In this document: in pieces, positions 11,669-21,503 of the stretch
Numbering within the stretch: position 1 is the first letter of the stretch
How the letters are laid out: each line of letters opens with the position of its first letter
Assembly: GCA_964658305.1 (NCBI GenBank)
Contig: OZ210885.1
Coordinates: forward strand, 17,794,001-17,858,000
DNA length: 64,000 bases
Direction: 5' to 3'
From: Leptogorgia sarmentosa
Taxonomy: Eukaryota
The notes under the pieces: generated by a model
What the model saw: the letters and a program-made list of their open reading frames with translations, nothing else
Databases searched by the model: none
What the model was told of the DNA's origin: nothing
Made by a program: the position numbers and the translations under genes

Positions 11669-14600
11669 TCAGGTATCTGTGGTTTGTAATCCTGAACAAG
11701 CCCCTCTCTTGTGTCCTTTCATTAGGTTTCCACATCTTGAACATTTCGGTGTTTTCCTTCCTCGAGCGGCTTTTGTTGGTTTTAACAATGCCTGAAGCTC
11801 GGCTTCTAAGATAATAAACAACATTTATAGTTAATATTATGGGTGTGACTTTAATTTATGTGTGCACAGCGAGTACAAATATTACCTGTACATGTTGGTG
11901 GGCAATCAAAATTAAGTTTTCTCTCACGAGCACGAAACAAATCAATCGCCTCTTGTCTTGGTTGTCTTTCAGGCAGCATCGAATGAAGAGGACCAGGGTT
12001 TTCTTCCTTTAGTTCCTGCTCAATTTTCTCTAGTTCCTCCCTGGGGGTTGTGATAAGTTCTTCATAAATGTCTGATACATAAGCTAGATAAAGTAGGATA
12101 CAATACATGATTACTGATTAGAACATTATAGCAGCTTTATTCCAAAATGGCTATTGGAGATATCAAACATACAAAAGTCTTGTTTTGCCCGTAAATGTCG
12201 AACTGTTCCTTCACCCTCTTTGTATTTCATGTAGGTAACTCGAAGGCGATGTTGTCCATTCTGGTCTAGCTTATTCTCACGCCACAGGTTATAATTGAAA
12301 TGTAATGCAGCAAGAATGGACCTACAAAATTTATCAAATGATAAAAGTGTTTACACTAAAGAGAACTACATAGTCATTCTTATTGTATTTACTGGTCAGC
12401 TCACCTACAAAGCATTCCAGAGTATGAGAAATGAGTCATTTTTGGTGAGAATTGGTTAACCACAGAATGATATCCCTCAAGACAACTAGTCTGGGCCATA
12501 GATGATGCCTGTTTGACAGCCTTGACCATTTTGGTTGAACAAAGAGCATCTTTCATTTTCTCCAGGGCTAAAGATCCTACCATAAAAACATCCAACAGGT
12601 TTGTTAAATTTTTGATGGATCAATATATGGTTTACCTACCAGCTTTATACCCTTACCCTTAGTTAACCAAACACGTGGCTTTATTATATCACTATGGGCA
12701 CATCTGTTGAATATCTTGTTTGGGAGATCTTTGTGAACATTAGTGATGTGGGAAAAAAAGGACTCAAATTTAGCCCATTTCACTTCTCCATTTCCAGAAT
12801 GAGTTGATGTCGTAGCCCAGTAAAAGTGTCGCACACACGCTTTTCTCCATCTGCCGATAACTTCAAGTTCTTTATCTTTGGCCAAATTTATAAGGGTTTT
12901 TTGAATTTCTGGGTAAAAATGTTGTCTATTATATATAACATTTTGTAGTATCAGACAGGGCTATTCAATGAACACAATTATTTGATAAATCTTACTTTTC
13001 CCAATGTGCCATAAATCAAAGAAATGCTTAATCACAGGTTTCCCCAATGTCTTGCAAATTTTTGGGCACTCCTCTCTCATCCACTTTGTGATAGTTGCAT
13101 GTCTGTCAGATATGAAAGCAGTGATGATTAATCCAGTGCTTAATAAAAATTTTACAGCTTTCTGGTGTCCAAGAGCTTCCATCGCAGAACTGCTGCCAGC
13201 CTGGTTTGCCTAAAAATACAATGTATACTCATTGTAACTATAACTGAAAGTGTTTATCAACATAATTGGTGTGCAATGCAGTGCTACCTGGAGTAGTACA
13301 ATGTGGATAATTAACCCAACGGTACAACAGAAAACGGTATAGGTCCCATATTTTGCAGAGTGCCCCATGCTGTCATGTCTTCCATCACCAGCCAATATGA
13401 CTTCTTTACCATTTAATGACTCCAAAATTTTTTTTGATAGGAACGCCAGTATTTAACAATCGATGGGAAGAGGAGATGCCTTTGATGGTAGTAATAAGTA
13501 ACTTCATTATATCCTAACAGACCCATATGCTTAAAGACTCGAAGTACTTTTGTTGTTGATGCACCAGCGGAAAGAATTGCAAAACTTAACAGGATGTTCC
13601 CAGCAGGAAATTTCCCAAGAAGGTAAGGTTGACTCTTCCAAGTCATAGTATCATTACAGAAATTACATTTTGATTCAAGGGTGAGCATGGTTCCAGACCG
13701 AGCAACAGATACACGGGGTTTTGAAGAGAAACATTTATGGCAATGTTGAAACAGTAACAGCAACTGTGAAAGGAAAACAATGCCTTTGGGTTCTTCTCTC
13801 TTGTTCTTTCCTTGATATAATAACCTTAAAATACATAATAACATATGAATGCAATTATCAAAGTGTATTTCAATCTTATAGATTATCACTGTTATGCTCA
13901 TTTCAACTAACTCTGCTCTTGGTTGTGAGTCATTGTCATCAGCAGCCTTGTCGTATTCACTTTGCAGCTGCTGTGGTTTCCAAGTTGGATCCAGGGCTTC
14001 ATCATCACAATCCATTTGGTCTTCTCCAGACACCTCGTTCCGTTCCTCCATCTCCTCCATTAACTCCTCCACAACATTTGGAGAGCTGGTATGTTTGGTA
14101 TCATCTTTCACAAATTAAAAGTAATTTAGGTCAAAATAATTCACCAAATTTAAAGTACACACTATAGCAGCAAATATGAGAATAATTTGTGTTTATACTT
14201 ACTACATTTGCTTTCATTAGTTTCTTTTTCTAATTTTTGAAAAGCATCAACCCATCTTGCTTGGTTCTTTGTCATTTTTTTTCCCAGTTGGCTGATCTTA
14301 TTTTTCAATTCATGGATTGAGTTTTCTTTATCCTTGCAGGGCTTACATTGAACCAGCTCATGAAGTTCCTATTTGATTAGAAAGTAGTTTGCTCAGATTT
14401 TCGCATTGTTATTCTACTACATTTTTTTGTGACATTCATGCTACATTCTGATACTATAAAGAAGTAGATTTTACCTCATTTTGTGTTGTATCAGGAGTCA
14501 TTACCAGTGCATCAGAGTGTGAGCTGCTGGTAGGACTTGAAACCTAACAAAGTTGCAATATATTGTGAATTGTGCAACAATCATTACATACCATAATTTA

Positions 14601-15083
14601 CATCATTATTATATGGCAGTTTTCTGGCTTACCGTAATGTCGCTATTTTCCAACGAATTTTCACTCTTTGTATCTTCTTGAAGAATATTTTTTTATAATC
14701 TTAGCAGTAAAGTAAAAATAAATTAAATACATGAACTTAGTGTATTTGTTTATTGTACATGAATATAATGTACACCTACTTACTTTACGACGCTGTCTTG
14801 GTGAAAATTTGGCTTTCCAAACAGTTGGTATAGCTCCCAAGTTTAGGCGACGCGTTACTCCTTGTATATGGTACGCACGTTGAAAACTATCCGCGGAAAA
14901 GTGTTCAGAACAAACCATAAAGCGAGTCTCGTCTGGCAGGTTAAAATTTGCGCGCTTAGTCCTAACAAATCGAACCCAGTTTGCTCTTGCCATTTTATTT
15001 TTTGGACTTATATGCAAGGATATCCCTGCAGTAGCATTTGATTCGTTGCTACAGTCCTGTACAACACAGCACGTTGAGGGCAT
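11669..15083 (-). pseudogene. Kolobok transposase (THAP + DDE + C-terminal CCHC), multi-exon, with homopolymer frameshifts
   Basis: THAP (CCVVQDC..W..VCSEHF..AIPT). Catalytic-type motifs LAGDGRHDSMGHSAKY, FISDRH, DLWH and TSCLEGYHS. Final exon CSRC..GH..C ends at stop 11669-11671. 1-bp indels in A/T runs near 13430 and 14690. Confidence 0.88.
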
Positions 15084-15680
15084 AGTGTGTTTTTAATTTA
15101 AATTTAAGTAATTCACATGTATTAAAATACTATGCGCTCCCATATAATTCTCAACATGAGACTTTGTTGTGTTAAGAAAATGACGTCACACTTCCGTTTT
15201 GATGGCTTTGAAAAAAATTTAATGGCGGACGGCAAATTCGGAATTTCAAATTGTCATAACTCCGCCGCCTTTGAGAATTTCGACCTAAAACTTCGAACAG
15301 AAGCTAATACGTAGGTTTACTTTACAATTATGGAATAAAAATAGAAGGGAAAAATTTCGTCTCAGTGACACTTTAATGTTCAAAATGTAGATCGTCCCTT
15401 GTCATTTAGCTTAAGTGGTAAATCATACTTGACTGGAACACAGAACTGGGCTGGCAGCAAATATATTTTTGTGTGTGACGCGGCTGTGAACTCGAAGTGG
15501 AGTTAATTCTCTGGTATGGTCAGGCTGAACTTGGAAAGGATGATAATGATCCACTACTTTGTCCAATGGCTTAAGGCGCTGTCCCAAAACAGGCTCTTCC
15601 ATGTGGGATAAGCCTAAATGGAATGGACAGTCAGCGCCCCGTAATCCCCATGGGGACCGCACGGACGCATCTATATTACC

Positions 15681-15694
15681 TAGCCAAATGCCTT

Positions 15695-15738
<44 letters not shown>

Positions 15739-15739
15739 A

Positions 15740-15789
<50 letters not shown>

Positions 15790-15796
15790 CAGCAAC

Positions 15797-15834
<38 letters not shown>

Positions 15835-15844
15835 TGACTCTGTG
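15681..15844 (+). rRNA. 28S rRNA fragment downstream of the R2 site
   Basis: TAGCCAAATGCC..GACGCGCATGAATGGATTAACGAGATTCCCACTGTCCC..GAAGACCCTGTTGAGCTTGACTCTAGT, then truncated. Confidence 0.95.
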
Positions 15845-16961
15845 TCTGACTCTGACTCAACACTAGCAGTTGAAGATTCCATATCTTCATTTGCACAACA
15901 ACTATTTGCATCCACAACCAGTTCAAAGATGTCTTGTTCCATCACCTTTACAACCTTGATAATGTCAATGAGCTATATTGAATAATTCATGGTATAATTA
16001 TTGCACCAGTATGATACTGTTATTACTGTCTGATCTGATGATGAATGATCTGATGTACTTTATATAAAACTAGACGTATAACTGCGTTTACTCTGGCTTT
16101 TTCTTTACAAAGCACCTAATACATAGGTACTGTTCGTGAAGTCGCATAATGTTATCTATATACACCTATATCAATTGGCTTTAAATACGTAATGCGTATG
16201 GTAGTAGCTATTTTACATTGTGCATGACGAGCCAAACACAAGTTTTCTACTAATAATGATAATAAATTCAAATCTCTAGATTCATTGCTGATAGCCGATA
16301 TATAAAGAACATTTTAACTGCTTTATCAACGTATTCAAACATGTTGGCAACATTATATTATCATCATACTGAATTAATGATTCACGGTCCCACTTTTAGC
16401 GTCCGCCATACTGTGTAATTTCATTGCAATTTTTGCAAAAACTGAAATACCGGAGGGGCCTCCGCCATTGTGTACTGTATTCCTGGGCTTCTTTGATCAC
16501 ATTTCTCATCTAACGAACTTTCGTATAGATGAGAACAACTGTAAATATCATGAGCAATGATATATAACTGCAATCGAATCATTTTTGTTCAAACATTCCA
16601 AGGATATCGATACACTACGGAGTTTCCCACAACAACAGAATTTGGGCCGCTTCCCCCCCCCCTCGGAGTTTACACTATGACTGAATAGCTGAATGACTAA
16701 TGTGAATTTTCTTCACTCATCACAATACTGCAACGTTTTTTTGAAACTTTACACTAAAAATTAATGTCAGGTAAGAACCTATTGCTGCAATTTGACAATT
16801 CGATGACCATGCACAGATTATACAGAATTGAAGTGATTCAAAAATAATGTACACAACTATATTCTATAACACAGTTATTAAGTGGTCGTATGGCATACAG
16901 ATACTCATACAAATTTTAATTACACGCAACTGCACACATACTAAAATAACGCACACAACTA

Positions 16962-17055
16962 CAGGGTGTAAAAAAAAAATGGTAACACAAATGTGGCACA
17001 CCATATCTCAACAAATCATCAATGGATTTTTAAAGAGATTAATGGGTAGTTTTTA
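16962..17055. repeat. One end of a Tc1/mariner-type non-autonomous element
   Basis: TA|CAGGGTGTAAAAAAA, similar to the termini of the MITE at 58897-59113. No partner TIR found. Confidence 0.4.
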
Positions 17056-17059
17056 CTAA

Positions 17060-17617
17060 AGAAGAGCTCTTTTCATAAGTTAACTTTACATCATGTAGGA
17101 ATAGCAAGTGTTCTGCCAAGGCATCTTCATCCAATGCTAAAATCTCTGGTATACCAAGTAAGGATGAAAGGACATCATTTCCCATTTTTATGCTGAACTT
17201 GTTCTCATCCGTGTCTTTAACAATAACCTTTAAAGATAAAGAGTTTTAGCAAAAATTGCGGCGATTGGACTATATTTTAATAAAAATACCTTAACCATCA
17301 TTCCCTGAATGCATTTGTCTGCACGTATCATCCCACATCGATAGCAGTTGACCACTTTGGCAGTGCATTGTTGGATGCTCTTATCACATTTTGGGCATTT
17401 TAAAAATTTGTTGAAGTGCTGAATTGACAGAAACTCTTTTCCGTTCACGGTTATCTCCTCTACACGATCCTCACTTTTTGCAAGTGGTATTTCTTTTAGT
17501 CTATCATCGTTGACTGCGGTAATATTTGTAACCTGTGTGGTGGAAAGCTTTTTCTTTCCGGTCCACACACGGACTTGAAGCAGGCAAAATGTGAAACAAT
17601 TTCCGAGGCTGACATTC
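17060..17617 (-). pseudogene. RPA70-like OB-fold/zinc-ribbon fragment (Helitron-type cargo)
   Basis: KLSTTQVTNIT..FLKCPKCDK..VNCYRCG..CIQGMMVKV|IVKD, with a 62-bp GT-AG intron at 17229-17290. Confidence 0.55.
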
Positions 17618-18250
17618 AAAGGCTACTTGTAAGGAGGTGCAGTATTGATATCCCTCTATAGCACAATCTTGCTGTACAGTACCAGAGAAGCTTTCTCTGT
17701 ACTCTAACCGATAGTCAATATCAAACATATTCAATAATATTGGTAATTCTGATTGCATTAAAAATGCCTGTCTTGTTAATTGTGACAACCTTGAGTACAA
17801 CATATTTCTTATATTCATTATTTGTATAAGATCATTTGCACTGCTGATACCTTTTGTGTTATTGTAAATCAAAGAGCACAAACTCATTGGAATCCATTAC
17901 TGTCCTGCACTCTGCCCAAAAAGTAGCTCATTACCATGACTATATGGAGCTGCTATTGTTTTGTTTGGGTCCACATAAGATGAAGGACCGGGATTTTTTT
18001 CTATATCTTTGCATAATTTATACTTGTGATAATTTGCTAAATGAATCTCATTCTTGCAAGAACACATTACTTTGATACAAGACCTCAATGTTCTACTCTG
18101 AGAAATTTGTTTACACCAGTTATGTAATAATTTTGATCTATGTTCATGCTTCGATACATTGACATAACAATACATTGTATTCGTAGATGACTTGAGTATA
18201 CATGGAACCTGCATTCGTGCATAACAAAGAAATAGTGTAACCTTTCTACT
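17618..18250 (-). pseudogene. 2A-like motif followed by herpes-tegument (peptidase C76)-like cysteine protease domain, decayed; probable Helitron/Helentron remnant
   Basis: DIEKNPGP at 17984-18007, then IAAPYSHGNELLFGQSAGQ*W.PMSLCSLIY..DLIQIMNI.N.LY. The expected catalytic QC position is mutated. Confidence 0.55.
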
Positions 18251-18677
18251 GATTCTGTCTGTCCTCGCTTGGTGCGATTCACGATAACGTCTAAATACAT
18301 AATCAAATTTGCATAGACCCTTCTTTCGAATAACGTAAGATAGCTCAGTTGATGTCTTTAATGTAGCAATAGCATATTTTCCACTCAATCATGTTATAAA
18401 TTGAATATCTCTCATAAATTGATCTCATAGAGTTCGCCGACCGATCTGTCGCGATGAACCTTGACATGTTTTACCATATGTCTACGTGCATAATTTGCAT
18501 CACGCTTATTTTATTGCACACAATATTTGTGGTGACTTCGTGCCACAAAAACTGCTGTTCTTTCGCCATATTTGTTATTGCTTATGCATGTCGTGACAAA
18601 CACTGAACTATTTGTGAACCGTGTATACGCATGCACAATCTCTACCACATTCTCCGTTTCTACGTGCATGCGTGTTA

Positions 18678-21503
18678 AGCACTCCACAGCGATTTGCGAC
18701 TGACGATGGAAAAAGAAAAAAAAACGAAGCCCATTTTACACCGCAAGATTACAGAGACCAAAAGACCACAGAGAAAGGGGACGAACTGTATTGTCCATAT
18801 CATGCAACGAAAACACACTCCTTACATGTGTAAAAAATTCGGTGAGTTATCTTTCGAAGAAAGGAAGAGTTTTCTATTCAAGAATCGATTATGTTTCAAC
18901 TGCACGAAGTCCGACAGACACATTGCCAAGAGATGTGACCAAACTTCTCCAAAATGTCATATTTGCGGGAAAAGGCATTTGACAGTTCTTCATGATCCCA
19001 CGAAAGATGAGGAAGTAAAAGAAGAAACGTCGTCGGCATGCACACAGATTTGTGAAGGAAATGAAGACAACCGTTGCTGTGCTAGAATAGTGTTGTTGAA
19101 TGTATTTCACCGATCTAATCCAGCTCGTGAGATACATACCTATGCAGTTCTCGACGATCAATCTACAGACGTGTTCGTGTCAGATCACCTCCTCAACCAG
19201 TTAGGTGTTGAAGGTCAAGAAGTAAACTTACAAGTGAATACCATTGTTGGGACGAACACCATTAGAACTAAGAAAACATCCGGACTATGTATCCAAGATA
19301 TCTGCGGCGAACATTCTCCAATAAAGGTCCCTTTTGCCTACGCCAGAGATTGTATTCCAGCCACCCATTACGACATAGCAACACCGGCTGTGGCGAGACA
19401 GTGGGAGCACTTACAAGAAATAGCAAATGAGATTCATTACCAACCAGATGTAGAGATCGGTATGCTCATCGGTCGAAACATCCCGACAGCCTTTCAACCG
19501 CTAAGTGTCATCCGTGGGGACAATGGAGAACCGTGGGCAGAAGAGTATAAATTTGGTTGGACTATTATTGGACCGGTTTGTCTGAATGGCGCCAACCAAA
19601 GGCCAGAAGAGCGTAAAGCGTCAGTCAACAGAGTGTCTGTTCAAAGAGAACAACTTCTGGACTATAATTCGACGATCAAATCAAACATCACAGAACCAAC
19701 AGTTGCAGAAAAGAATCATCATTCAATATCTTTCATTGCAAATAGTTCTACTAAGAAAGATGTTACGAGTCCTCAACAAGTACGAGAGATGATGGAGCTC
19801 GACTACAGCGAGTTAAATTACAGCCGAAAGGTCCGTGGCACCGAACGAGTAGAGTCAATTGAAGATAGACGTTTCAATGACATTCTCGGGACTCAGATGC
19901 ACAAAAACGGAAAGGGAAATTGGAAAGCACCGCTTCCATTCAAAACTGATAATGTTAACCTTCCTAATAACAAAGAGCAATGCCTTAAACGTCTCTTATC
20001 CATGAAAAGAAAGCTACTTAAGAACAAGAGAGTCGAGAAAGATTACACGGAATTTATGGCGAAGGTTTTCGATCGGGGCCATGCTTGCTACGTACCGAAG
20101 GATCAATTGCAAACACCACCTAACAAAGTATGGTATCTTCCGCATTTCGATGTTCACCACTCTAAAAAACCTGAACAAATCAGGGTAGTTTTTGATTGCA
20201 GCGCCGTTTTCGATGATCATTCCCTCAACAAGCTTCTGCTTCAAGGACCAGATTTGATGAACAGCCTGATTGGCGTGCTTCTGAGATTTCGTAAGGAATA
20301 TGTTGCCGTCACCTGCGACATCAAACAGATGTTCCACAGTTTCTATGTTATTCCGGAGCATCGCGATTACCTCCGTTTCTTGTGGTTCATCACTGCGGAT
20401 GCTGGACGAGAAGAGTTCGGAAATGAAGCTGCAGACTTCCTCCAGAATGACTTCTACGTAGATGATGGTTTTACCTCTCTACCTACCAACGACAAAGCTA
20501 TTAATCTGATCCAATCGACCCAAGCAATGTGTGCCAGGGCTAATTTACGTCTTCATAAGTTTGCCAGTAATTGAAGAGAAGTTCTGGAAGCCTTACCAGC
20601 AAATGATCGAGCTAAAGATCTTAAAGACATTGATTTACGTCATGATGTTTTGCCAATCCAACGATCGTTAGGAACGTTCTGGTGTATAGAGTCCGATACT
20701 CTCTGGTTTCGTATAGAGTTGAAAGATAAACCAGCCACATGTTGCGGCATCCTTTCCACGATCAGTTCGGTCTATGACCCCCTCGGTATTGTTTCACCAG
20801 TAATCGTAGTCGGCAAGCAAATCCTGCAAGACCTGTGCAATCAGAACGTGGATTGGGATGATCCATTACATGACGACATCTTTAATGCGATGGGAACAAT
20901 GGCGTAACGAACTACCCCTCTTAGAGAAAGTTAAACTTCCAAGATGTCTCAAACCACCCGAGTTCGGAGATCCTGCCGAAATCGAGATCCACAGTTTTGC
21001 TGACGCAAGTGAAAAAGGAATTGGCAAAGTATCGTATTTAAGAATGGTTAATGTTCGGAATGAAGTTCATGTCAGCTTTCTAATGGCCAAATCGCGAGTT
21101 GCGCGTATAAAGCCAATGTCCATTCCACGTCTGGAACTAACTGCAGCAGTTGTAGCAGTCAACGTGATGACCATGCTAAAGAATGAACTGAATTATGAAA
21201 ACCTCCGAACTCTTTTTTATACAGACTCGGAAGTCGTGTTGGGCTATATCAATAACGAAGCCCGGCGTTTTCACACCTACGTAGGAAATAGAGTTCAGCA
21301 TATTCGTGATCGCTCCGAACCAGAACAATGGCACCACGTCACTGGAAAGGACAATCCGGCCGACGAAGCTTCTCGTGGACTTGCTGTGGGAGAAATATTC
21401 GACAATCAGAAATGGTTCAAAGGTCCATCGTTCTTGTGGGCAACGAAAATACCGGTAGTAAACGAAAGTCGAACGCAGCTGAAGGAAGGTGATGTAGAAG
21501 TAA
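18678..21503 (+). mobile_element. BEL/Pao LTR retrotransposon internal fragment (#1)
   Basis: Gag Cys/His knuckles, protease YAVLDDQST, RT WYLPH/RVVFDCSA/FYVDD (internal deletion after RFLWF), Pao RNase H FADAS/IPRLEL/NPADEASRG. Ends at the piggyBac. Confidence 0.9.

Larger units (their letters stand above)
10525..15372 (-). mobile_element. Complete Kolobok DNA transposon (copy 1, 4848 bp)
   Basis: TTAA TSDs at 10521-10524 and 15373-15376. Perfect 18-bp TIR AGTGTCACTGAGACGAAA. Carries a THAP-DDE transposase and a convergent KolX gene. Confidence 0.95.
10206..15680 (+). mobile_element. Probable 5'-truncated R2 non-LTR retrotransposon (623 bp: 10206-10524 + 15377-15680), split by Kolobok
   Basis: 28S resumes at TAGCCAAATG (15681), the canonical R2 3' junction. 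The 16 nt of 28S upstream (TATGACTCTCTTAAGG) are missing. The 5' end reads GLTPGDKQFLAL../IAGSCHL../RVVCRR*, resembling an R2 ORF C-terminus, followed by a structured noncoding tail. Confidence 0.7.

Noticed and set aside
10206..15680. Group I intron in the 28S intron hotspot
   Set aside because: 16 nt of exon are lost, the insert follows C rather than U and ends in C rather than G, and I saw no P7 core. The 3' junction matches the R2 site instead.
17226..17292. 57-bp insertion with apparent ACCTT target-site duplication
   Set aside because: On the minus strand it is a GT-AG intron with AAG|GT at both junctions, and splicing keeps the frame.
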